Positions 40,046 through 51,594 of a stretch of 64,000 bases of DNA are shown here, one piece after another. The DNA lies in contig OZ249439.1 in the NCBI GenBank assembly GCA_965235115.1, forward strand, positions 22,258,001 through 22,322,000, in the 5' to 3' direction. The stretch comes from Laetmonice hystrix. Taxonomy: Eukaryota. Both the position numbers and the translations under genes were made by a program. The notes beneath the pieces are model-generated. The model did no database searches. It saw only the letters and a program-made list of their open reading frames with translations, and had not been told where the DNA came from. Positions within the stretch are counted from its first letter, which is position 1; the number at the start of each line of letters is the position of its first letter.

Positions 40046-42330
40046 GATAGATGGTAAATGGAGTTAAGATTTTGAGCACCAGGGTGCGCTGCGCCACGTA
40101 TTTCCTTCCGACCAGGCAGACCTTCTGCTCTCCACGAACCGTGGCTTCCGCCCCAGGCTATCAGCAGCACGACGGATGAGGCTTGCCAACGGTTGTAGGA
40201 CTATCTTCCTCGTTTTCCAATTCCGATTGCCCCGATTTAGCATAGGCCGGCTAACAAGGCTATACAGCCATGAAATAACAGTTGGTGACCTGACTTGAAT
40301 GACGCATACAGTAACACCGTATTGATATTCATGATTGCAACTGAAAGAAATTTAGTTGGGAGTAAATTGTATCCCTCTGAGCTCGAATCTTGCACATTTC
40401 CTGCGTCGAATATCGGACGTAGCCCTTTTGTGAAGTCCTGCATATTCCTGCCTAATAGACTTCACCAGGCATAAGTTGAGCACCTAAAGTAGGTTCTACT
40501 TCTGGCTGAGTTAACCCTGAAGATACTTGCCATGGGGGTCGAGAGTGAATGGGCCAACAAAATGACCGGCCGTCTGGGCGAACATCAAGTACTGACCGCT
40601 TGACCACTTGATAGCCAGTTCCACCGACATGTGGTCTCCAGGACCAGAGCTCAAGTGGTCATCTTCCTATGGATTGACCACTGACCGTTAACATTGATTG
40701 ACCAGTGACCATTAAACTGGACACTTTGAAGCAGTGTTCATTGCCGGGGGCTTGAGGGGTTGGCCGGTCTACAAATAAACATGGCCGGCTGTGAGAGGGG
40801 AATCACTGGTGGGGATTGGCGTGGACGGGCCTTCCTCAACATCCGAATGACTTTACTTCCAAGGATTTGACCTTTTTCAACTTCTCAAAGAATGACAACA
40901 TTTTTATGAGATATCGTGTTTTTTAGAGTCCGAAGATAGAAACAAATCTGATATAGCGAGTATATCCATCAACATAATCCAAAAAACAACCAGTGGTTTA
41001 ATCTTAATCCTAGTGTAGGTGTATGTAGACCTACATATTGTGATGTGGCAGTTGCCACAATTCCGAGAAAAAGGTTTTTGTTTTTGGGAATAAGGCATGG
41101 AACTCGACTGGCTTTGTTTGTAAACATCCATTAATTTAGACCGAGTTGGAAGAAGTAATGATATGCTTTTGTCAAGTGTGAAATCGCAATATTTTTGGCT
41201 TAGTTCATGGATCTTCCTGACTGTGCATCTTTAGGTTTAAGCCAAATGTTGCAGCTATGGATAGTGTTATGTCATTTTTGATATAATCAATGTAGGTTTG
41301 TGTCCTGCGTTCAGACGACGGTTATATAGCGAACATTCGATAATTAATATGATCAGATTAATGACGGAGCCGTACCCCGTCTTCGTGTGATGACTGTGGG
41401 AATACCCCCAGCTGGATGTCGGGTACGAGTTCTACAGTAACCGTACATCACCAAGTCCGACAGCTGTACAGTGATGAGCAATGTCGCAGTAATTTGGTTA
41501 TGTTTTAATTGTATGTCTTCGTTCACCGTGCAGCCACAACATCCTTGATTTTAGTCCCATACCGGCAGCATTTATCAGGGTATGTTTTGACAAGGGTCAG
41601 TGGTCAGTCCATTCCCAGCAGGCCAGGACCTTCCCTGTGACAGTGATTGACGGCTTGACCACTAGGTGCCAGAAGTTTGCCGTAAAGGTTCCCTTCTCCA
41701 TGTACCCCCCGCCCGCCCTTAACTTTACCGACACTTGGGGAAGTTATCCAGCTGTCGATCGGCAGCCTACCTCTACAACAAGGAGAACTATTGGAGGTGC
41801 TGTGAGATGGCGCTCCACCGGCCTGCTCTCTGTTACCCGCATTAACCGACGTTCTAAGTCAGGTAATTGAAGTATTCCAGGCACAGAGATCCACGGTAAT
41901 AAAAGATCTGAAGTCAGAGCATAAATTTATGAAATAGTTTGCTGCCGCAAGTGTCGGTGGCACTTTGAAGTTGAATCGTTATAGTACAGGCAAATCGTAT
42001 TGCCGTTCAGCCAAATCTTCTAAGAAGTTTAAAATGTGAAAATTCTGCTGCTGGATGATAATCGAGGATCGGGAAAACAGCGGTTCCTACTTTACAGGGT
42101 GAGTGAGAGTGGAGAATTGCCGAGTAAATGTCAATGTGTTGACTGGTCGTGAAGTCCGCCGGGCCGCCACGCACGTAAAGGGCATCCACTCCCTGGAGTG
42201 ACCTCCAGTGTGCTCTCTCACGCCACCGTTATCGAGTGTTGTAGGAGGAAACTCCAGGGTTGGTGACAGCTCTGTGCGTCCAGGGACAGCTAACTGGTAG
42301 CAGAGGACGGCTAGCCGGTGGATGGAGTGA

Positions 42331-43876
42331 GCGCTGTATCTGTCAGAGCATGGCTAGCCTGGGTCTGTGTTGTATCTGTCAGAGCACGGCTAGCCTGGGT
42401 CTGTGTTGTATCTGTCAGTGGACGGTTAGCCTGGGTCTGGGCTGTATCTGTCAGTGGACGGTTAGCCTGGGTCTGTGCTGTATCTGTCAGTGGACGGTTA
42501 GCCTGGGTCTGTGCTGTATCTGTCAGTGGACGGTTAGCCTGGGTCTGTGCTGTATCTGTCAGTGGACGGTTAGCCTGGGTCTGTGCTGTATCTGTCAGTG
42601 GACGGTTAGACTGGGTCTGTGCTGTTTCTGTCAGTGGACGGTTAGCCTGGGTCTGTGCTGTATCTGTCAGTGGACGGTTAGCCTGGGTCTATGCTGCATC
42701 TGTCAGTGGACGGTTAGACTGGGTCTATGCTGCATCTGTCAGTGGACGCTTAGCCTGGGTCTGTGCTGTATCTGTCAGAGCACGACTAGCCTGGGTCTGG
42801 GCTGTATCTGTCAGAGCACGGCTAGCCTGGGTCTGGGCTGTATCTGTCAGTGGACGGTTAGCCTGAGTCTGTGCTGTATCTGTCAGGACGGTTAGCCTGG
42901 GTCTGTGCTGTATCTGTCAGGACGGTTAGCCTGGGTCTGTGCTGTATCTGTCAGTGGACGGTTAGCCTGGGTCTGTGCTGTATCTGTCAGAGCACGGCTA
43001 GCCTGGGTCTGTGCTGTACCTGTCAGGACGGTTAGCCTGGGTCTGTGCTGTATCTGTCAGGACGGTTAGCCTGGGTCTGTGCTGTATCTGTCAGGACGGT
43101 TAGCCTGGGTCTGTGCTGTATCTGTCAGTGGACGGTTAGCCTGGGTCTGTGCTGTATCTGTCAGAGCACGGCTAGCCTGGGTATGTGCTGTATCTGTCAG
43201 AGCACGGCTAGCCTGGGTCTGTGCTGTATTTGTCAGAGCATGGCTAGCCTGGGTCTAGACTGTATCTGTCAGAGCACGGCTAGCCTGGGTATGTGCTGTA
43301 TCTGTCAGTGGACGGTTAGCCTGAGTCTGTGCTGTATCTGTCAGGACGGTTAGCCTGGGTCTGTGCTGTATCTGTCAGGACGGTTAGCCTGGGTCTGTGC
43401 TGTATCTGTCAGTGGACGGTTAGCCTGGGTCTGTGCTGTATCTGTCAGAGCACGGCTAGCCTGGGTCTGTGCTGTACCTGTCAGGACGGTTAGCCTGGGT
43501 CTGTGCTGTATCTGTCAGGACGGTTAGCCTGGGTCTGTGCTGTATCTGTCAGGACGGTTAGCCTGGGTCTGTGCTGTATCTGTCAGTGGACGGTTAGCCT
43601 GGGTCTGTGCTGTATCTGTCAGAGCACGGCTAGCCTGGGTATGTGCTGTATCTGTCAGAGCACGGCTAGCCTGGGTCTGTGCTGTATTTGTCAGAGCATG
43701 GCTAGCCTGGGTCTAGACTGTATCTGTCAGAGCACGGCTAGCCTGGGTATGTGCTGTATCTGTCAGTGGACGGTTAGCCTGGGTCTGTGCTGTATCTGTC
43801 AGTGGATGGTTGGCCTGGGTCTGGGCTGTATCTGTCAGAGCACGGCTAGCCTGGGTCTGTGCTGTATCTGTCAGAG
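42331..43876. repeat. Minisatellite, 34-36-bp units, ~44 copies, with an internal 458-bp higher-order duplication
   Basis: Core tagcctgggtctgtgctgtatctgtcag followed by agcacggc, tggacggt or gacggt. Diagnostic variants recur at a fixed 458-bp offset. Confidence 0.97.
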
Positions 43877-46800
43877 ACCGTCTATCTAGCTTGAATGGAG
43901 TGGGGGAGTTAGCCATGCCAGAGCCGTGATCTATCGTATAGAGGTATTGTCTGTATGTTCAGTTACCAGGCACCAGGTCAGGTCAATCAGAGATGGTCGC
44001 CTGCTGATCCAATGCCAGGAGGAAGATGGCTTACCTTGATGATGATCTGACCTGTTTTTCCTTATGTTCATCATTTCTTATGGTCTTTTTTTTGGTCACA
44101 TTCTTCTAGGAATCGCCAACAAGGTACATAAATTTATGACAAGGAGCACCAAGAAACGTGTACAGGAAGAGGGGGGGGGGTTAAAAGAGAGTTTTTTTAC
44201 TTGATTAATGAGAAGGGAGATAACCAAGCCAAGAAGTTCACAGCATTACTGGTCTACCCGTGTGAATATTGAGGGTGTTTTAGGTGTGATACGCAGGTGG
44301 AGGTCCACGCTGAGCATCATGTTCTTGAGATGTTCCAGGCAGTGATTTCACGTCCATCAATAAAGTGGAGCTCAGGTCTAATGAACGCCCCCCCCCCCCC
44401 CCACACACACACACGTGGGGTAGATGCTTCATGCTAAAACATTGCTTCACGGGGGTGCATGAGCTAAAGTGGGGAGAAGGTGCTACTTAAGTGATGGCAT
44501 CCAGAGGCTGAGCGGCTGTTGACGTTATCTCTGTATGCACAGAGTTGATATGTCAGGGTTCTCAAACTCCCACCCCCACCGATATAAGTCAGTACCAGGA
44601 TGCCCAGGTTGGGAGGGGCACACTGACCAGATAGTAGAGGGGGCGTGGTCAGACACGGCAGGCCACGCCCACCTACAACTGGCGCCTACTCGTCAGTCGT
44701 CCGGGACGCTGGCCACCGGGCGGAGGTCAATGAGACTTGACAGCCGGTTCACGGACTGACCCCTGTCGGCAGATCGCATCAACAGCTGCAGGTATTTCTC
44801 CTCACCCCGGATCAGGTAGCCAGCCTCATCAACATTGACTCGTCTTGTTTCTGCTGTCATGTATGCTTAAAATCTCCGGATTCTGCGGCCTCAGCATGAG
44901 GTCTGGAGAGGTCTGGAGAGGTGGGAAGGGTGGGAGAGTATATGTTCAGATTCCAGCGTGATGTATAACTGTAATACTTGCCTGGTCGTTTACAATAGAT
45001 GAGGTGTACCTGGTGATGATTTGGACATGACTAGATGGGACTATACCGGCTGGTTTGTGATCCGTGCCTCCCGGCAGTGGAGGATTCTGAGGAGATTTGT
45101 CCAAATACGTTCTGGCAGTGTCGTGTCTGTTTGGGTGCGCTCCGCATAATCCACAGCATGCTGATGTCTGTTTAGTCGCGGAGGTTTCAAAGTTGGAATG
45201 ACGCCAAAGTCTTGTTTTCGTCCAAGCATGGTCCCCTTTAAGAATTAAGGCTGGTCTGATCATCCTGTTAAAATCTTGATGATGACATGATGACATTTAA
45301 AATGATTTGGAGATCGTAATTGGTGGGAGTGCCTGCTCCCCGTTAAGTCCAAAGCATGGCATGAGTTGAGGCAGCCCTGTTCAGTCGTGTTACAAACTCT
45401 CTAAGTGTGTTTTCTTGGTACGGCCACCCCTTTAAGTTAAAGTTTAAGTCGTTAGCTAAGGTAGACAGATACAGGTATCATGACTTAGGTTGCTACCCGC
45501 CAAAATTTACGCCACCAGTCAAAACACTGCTCAATGTCAGTTGTCGGCACTTGAAAGGCCAACGCCGACATGTAACGTAGTGTTACAACAACAAAGGTTG
45601 GTTAGACGATTGTTTGGAAATAAGACGCGTCAAGGTATTTGATATCATGAGGGTCAGGTGAAAAATTACACTCCTGTTAACTCCGCCGTGTGAGAAAAAA
45701 ATCACGAGGGAACATTTTCAAAAGGGCAGGAGAGAAGCTGCAGGCGGCCTAGGGGCTGAAGTTAGTGCGGAGAGCAAGTCAGGGAAGATAAGGGTGAGAG
45801 TCTGAACGTGTGCCCCCCCCCCCCACACCTCCAACCCCAGGTCTGGGTATCACACTCTGGAGCAGGAAATGGACTGGATGCCTCAGATTCCACGGCCTGG
45901 AGGCTGAGCTGGAGCCGACTCCAGGTGCCACAGACCTGACCGTGCCGCACACTGAGGCAGGTTACTACTGCAGGCCGAGAGAGAAAAACACCTCATCATG
46001 GCTTGGTTCAGGTGTCAACAGATGCGGTAATCGCCCTAACAGCCGCTCAGATTTTCAAACGATATCCCTGGACGACATACTCGAAGGCTCAGACAACTGG
46101 CACTGTTTTCATACTGAAATAAAAAAATGTCTGTCAGACGTTGAACACCTTGCTGTCCGGCCACTGGTTAGTTGTATCTTGTCCTGGCAATACCAAATAT
46201 AAATACATGTACCATCACGGAAGGTTTTCTTATGTGAATGAACATTTGACACAAATCAAGGCACATGTTAAAAATATACAGCGGTAAAGGTTTGTTCAAG
46301 GTTCATGCACTGTGGCCCCGACATAATGGAAGGAGGTTGTAAAGATTTGATATCACCGGAAGTTTGCTGGACGACAAATCCGGGCCATTATGCGATGTGT
46401 AAATATATGTTTTTTAGAGTGTGATCTGTAAAAGTAGGTGTAAAGTTGATGCTAACCACACTTCTCCAAATTTTGATTTATACATATATTGCCCGTTGAA
46501 TCCGCCGTGTTTGTAATCGATGCTTGGGTCTGGGTGCAGAATCCTGCCCTAGACCGGAGGGAGCCTCCCCTATTACTCCACTAACACAGAGAGGTCAGGG
46601 TAGAATGCCATTGTAGACCAGACAGTGGGGACGCCATCAGTGAGAGACGATGGTAGAATACGTTGGTGTCTTGTTGGAGGTTAGATGAACGTTTGGCATG
46701 TTCTGGAGTAGACAGCATGTCTCTGGAACTGAGGTTGGAAGTGGGTGTCAGGTATAAATGATGGATTAGCGGGTGTTGTACGGAGGGGAGTTCGCAGGTG

Positions 46801-49085
46801 GGGTGGGGGGTCCTTGTCTTGATAATGAGATTGGCCTGGAGACTGGGGTGGTCCATACAACATACAGGTCCTCGCCTTCCTATATAATGCATGCAAGTTA
46901 CAAGGTACGCCATGACCTTTAGTTTTACCAACGGCAACCCAACAAAACCAGACCCTCAACTCGCCTGCGTCAGTGGGAGTCGTTGGGAGTGTTCATGTCG
47001 GGCCGCGCAGAATACCCAGATGTAAGACCCAAGAGTTGACATTAATTCAGACGTCGGTAATTAACCATAATTACCCGTCATGAGATGCGGCCAGGATGAC
47101 CTGGCGTCATACAAGGGATCTCATGATGTTTACTGATGATGGTGCGGTCCTTAGGGAGGCTGACTTATCGCCCCACCCACCACAACAGTCAGCAGCTGAT
47201 TAGGAATCCTTACACCATAATAAGACGACTGGTCATAATCTCCCGGGGGCGGGGGGGGGGGGGGGTCTCGGCTCCCGGTCAATCCCCCTGCTCACCGCAG
47301 TCATCAAGATCCCAGTCTTAAGTATGCAGGCGCGATGCGGAAGCACCCCCTGTGCTTCCCGGTGCTGTGGTCAGTCTTATCCGAGAACTGCACAATTCGA
47401 TCTTAGTTCTAGGGTTCCATTCTTGAACATCTGATCCCATACAGCTGACTGGGTGTCGGCGTGGGAGAGTCACAGTCTACGTTTATAAAGTGCAGGGTGC
47501 ATGGACTGGATATTTATATCGTTACGTGATTATCATACAAGATGTGCCTACGCTAGCCCAGTGAGTGAGACATGCAGGAGAGGAGCACGAATTGGTCCTC
47601 GCTAGCTGGGTTTGTTTGTCTGTAAACAGTGGATAGTAAACGCGACGTATATGGTAGAGCTGGCTGCTGGCTGAGTTATAGCACTCGTAACATGGTTTGT
47701 AAACATTGCGGGCCCCGCGGGTAGTCTACAGTGAACTGCGGTTCGAGGGTCGTAAGGGTTTTAGTCTACTAACAATGGAGACTTCACACGAGCGGATATT
47801 GACCGTAGTGAAGTATACTCATCGTTAACAAGTATCGATAACGTGCAAAGGAATTAATGGGAACATAATTATAACGATTTTATTAACGAGCGGTCCACTC
47901 ATGGCCTTAGGGCTTTGGTAACTTTAAGGGAGTTGCCAGAATAACGACAAAATGTACACTTTATTCCTATAAGCATGGACAAGCTTTGTAAGGCGGGCCA
48001 CCAGGGGTGTAGTCATGGCACCTTGGAAGGCAGGAATGCCCTGTAATGCCCTGCCGGCGAGGCAGGAGGCCGAATGTGAATTTTTCACTCCGGCGGAAGA
48101 ACCCCGCTGAATAGTGCCGATGACTGCCTCGTGAAATCCAAATCTGACTTTGATAGATTTCTTTCTCTCCAGTCATCGCCGGAAACCTGCGGGTTCTGTG
48201 AGGAGGGGGTGGGTGACAACTTAACCAGAGAAACCACATAAGCTGGTTTTGTTGGGCTGGAATATCTGCCTCGCCAGGTCGAACAAAGACGTCAGTGACG
48301 AGCAGACTGAATCTTCCGTTCCTTTCCACAGCTGCACTTGAGCGTCTGCAACTGTTTGTTTTTCCGTCTTTTAGGAGTCGTTGAAACTTTCAACAAGCAC
48401 TCGGGGCCACGACAAGTGCACTCGGGGCACAAAGGCCAAGTCGTCTTTCTGTTTGACAGTTGGGACCTTAAGGCCTCTGGGGATCACTAGGCCTAGCCAA
48501 AGGGGTAAAAAAACCTTGGCAGAGAGTGATAGAGGCACTTGAAGAGTATTTGCTGTGTACGGCCTTAGGAAGCGATGCGCCCACCTCTTGTGGTACAGGT
48601 GGCGACAGTGGTGGTGCAGGTGGTGGCGGGTTGGGGTGGATGAGGGTGGAAGTCCCTCATCCCCCTTCCAACCCTCAAACACGTGTGTTATATGGACCTG
48701 CACCACCTCCGACGTGTTGTACGTGACTGAATCATGCACTGAATGGTATGTTCAGAAAACTAGATTCCTGTCAGTGGAACCGGGAGAGGGTTTTCATGTC
48801 CCCTTAATCATGACAGAAAGCACGTGAGAGCCACTGTTCCACCTGTTTGTGAGACTTGTCAAAGTTCCAGACATGTAGTTGACATTGGCTCGTTCTGCGG
48901 TCAGGAGCTCGAAAAGACTCGATTTGTGCCGACAGAACAGCGGTCCATTTGGACTTGGCATGTCAGGCCGAGCACTGATTGTGGTCGTGGAACCTCTATA
49001 AGGAGAGCTGACATTTAAAGACAGAACGCCCGTCAAGGAGCTGTGACCTTGGTCGAGGTAATTCCTCTCAGGGCTGGGGCTCACT

Positions 49086-49460
49086 GATAGAGAAACGTTC
49101 CGGGAAGAGGGAAAGAACCTGGTAATAAATGTTAGACATGTCTGTAAGATAGAGAAACGTTCGGGGAAGAGGGAAAGAACCTGGTAATAAACGTTAGACA
49201 TGTCTGTAAGATAGAGAAACGTTCCGGGAAGAGGGGAAGAACCTGGTAATAAATGTTAGACATGTCTGTAAGATAGAGAAACGTTCCGGGAAGAGGGGAA
49301 GAACCTGGTAATAAACGTTAGACATGTCTGTAAGATAGAGAAACGTTCCGGGAAGAGGGGAAGAACCTGGTAATAAATGTTAGACATGTCTGTAAGATAG
49401 AGAAACGTTCCAGGAAGAGAGAAAGAACCTGGTAATAAATGTTAGACATGTCTGTAAGAT
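49086..49460. repeat. Minisatellite, 62-bp unit, 6 copies
   Basis: Unit gatagagaaacgttccgggaagaggggaagaacctggtaataaatgttagacatgtctgtaa; tctgtaag at 49141 and 49203. Confidence 0.96.
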
Positions 49461-51191
49461 TGGGGAGATAATTGGTGTGCACCAATAGTTAACGTGAAAA
49501 GATTCATTTGCGTTAATTTGCTTTTTCAAATATTCAATAAAGATTCCATGGATCTTGAATAACATAAAAGAGATAATATACAATTTAGATTGTGGAGCCC
49601 TGTTGTCGGTGTAGACGAAACCTTGCAGAAATTGTCGAGTTCGGTGTGAGGGGACTGACGCACACACGATGTGAAAGGTTCTAGATATTTAGATCTATGA
49701 AAATAAAGATCAATAAAAAAAAAATAAAAAAAAGATGATACTGACACATGGCGGGGAACTCAGGGGTCAACCTTGGGACCAAGGTGATGAGGAGGGAGAT
49801 GTTGGCCGGCCTCTGTGTGAACGGAGGACATTTAGAAAGTTCGCGGAGCTTAGCGTGTGTGATGGCAGTACCTCATGGCCGGGAGGCTGGCACTGCATGT
49901 TGTCGGATGGAGCCATGGATCTGGAATCTCTCTGCTGGCACGTCCCGGGAGGCAGGGGACTAAGGGGCAGGGACGGGGGGGGGGGGGGGTCTGGCGTCAT
50001 TAGCCAAGGATCGAGAGGCTATTTTGGATATGATCCAGCTGGGTTCACGCACTTAATAACCCCTGTTATGACCAGGTGACCACAAAGGTACATGACCGAG
50101 GGCCTGGGTCATGGTGCTGTGAAGTACGATTTAAACCACAGGTCAAATCGAAACTGCGGGTCAAACTATTAAGTACGGGGATGCCGTCAACCAGGAGGAC
50201 AAGTCAAAGTGCAGGTCAAAATCATTTTATTGCGGAGATATCTGGCCAGAATCAGCTGAGACATCAAACCTTGGCAGGTATCGCATCTTATCTCAGGTCA
50301 TAGATATGTTGCTATATAGCCTTGGTGGTGAACTTTAAAATCAGCGCCACAGGTAAGTCAGGTTAATGCGAGGTGAGAGTAGGATTGTTGGTGTAGCGGT
50401 AAGTAGCGTGTAGTAAATATCTCCCGTGGACCACGACTAAGTGATTTCACGGCTCCAATTACTGTGGAACTATAGCTACGCAGCCTGCCGCACGTCGTAG
50501 GGCAAAGTCCGGGATGTGGGTGGTAGGGTGTCTGTGGATCAAAGTGGGCATGATCAGGGGATCAGGTATACCACAGGTTGGGTCGGCACGGCATAGTGGG
50601 ATTAGCTACTAATACTACTGCCCCGGTTGTGAGGACAGCAGTGTGCCAATGTCCCCGCCAGGGAATGTTGTAGGTGTCACGGTGAGGCTGGCCAGCAGAA
50701 TTAAATGGTGTCTGTTCCACTGATCACACAGATTGGTGAAGTACGGATGTCAAGGCCAGGATTATAAGTGCCAGCTTGGCAGGGGTATTGGGACTGAGGT
50801 TTGGGGTGGTGGGCAGATGTTTCCTGCCTCGTCCCAGCGTCACCGACTCTAACAGAGATGCTTTCTTTTTCTTTCTTTTACAAGGTGAAAAAACACCTTA
50901 CAGTATGTGATGTTATTTTGGGTATGAAAACGAAAGTCGCTTCTCTTTGAGATCTGGTTAGATATGGAGATGAGGTCCTGTTGAGGGAGAATTTGTCAGA
51001 CAGGCAGTGTCAGCAGCTGTAAATGTTGAACTGGAATCTGTTCACCAAGAGCAGGGTGTGGGGCTCACAATGTCCATTCCTCTCCTACCCCACACGTCGG
51101 AACCATCCTCTCCCCCAGAGGGCGATAGCGGCCAGGTGGTGTGGGGCTCAGGATCACAGGGTGCACGCGGGGGCCCAGAGCCTGTCAGAAG

Positions 51192-51368
51192 TGACGTCAC
51201 TGGCACTGTTTTGACGTAATGTATTGAGAAGTAGGTTTAGGGAATCGCCATTTTGTCCTAGCATGGCCCGTTTCAAGTGTTTTAAGGTATAACCCTGTTC
51301 AGGGATCCACTGTATTTCTACCGATATTGCATTTCTTCAGCCGTTAGCTGCACCATCTAGTGACGTCA
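51192..51368. promoter_or_regulatory. Pair of perfect CRE palindromes (TGACGTCA) upstream of the ANKRD50 exon acceptor
   Basis: TGACGTCA at 51192-51199 and 51361-51368. Motif presence only; function not shown. Confidence 0.25.
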
Positions 51369-51574
51369 TCCAAAGTAAAGATAAATGGACCAGACGCCAC
51401 GGAACAGCTTATGAATAAAACAAAGCAATGTTCTATTCGGTTGTCATGTTTTTATTATGCAAAATCTTGATAAGTTCTGACTTCTCGAAAGGAAGTATTT
51501 TCTTTCCGGAAGTTTGTATGATTATACTGGTGAAGGGGAGAAACTGATTTCGTGACTTGATTCAATAATAATGT

Positions 51575-51594
51575 TGATTTCTTTCTCGTTTCAG
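51575..51594 (+). other. 3' splice acceptor of the ANKRD50 terminal coding exon
   Basis: Pyrimidine-rich tgatttctttctcgtttcag ends in CAG exactly where ankyrin-like coding sequence begins. The in-frame sequence upstream (MLISFSFQ) is not ankyrin-like. Confidence 0.85.

Noticed and set aside
42260-43916. Cys-rich repeat ORFs (LGLCCICQ…) resembling metallothionein or keratin-associated proteins
   Set aside because: They derive from the 34-36-bp minisatellite, and the 34-bp units shift the frame repeatedly.
45041-45229. KPPRLNRHQHAVDYA resembling the Tc1 transposase linker
   Set aside because: The similarity is too weak, with no WxxVxFSDE or DDE motifs and no TIRs.
51571-51594. ATG start of the 580-aa ORF
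   Set aside because: MLISFSFQ is the polypyrimidine tract and acceptor, and the protein begins mid-ankyrin repeat, so this is a spliced exon and not a start.
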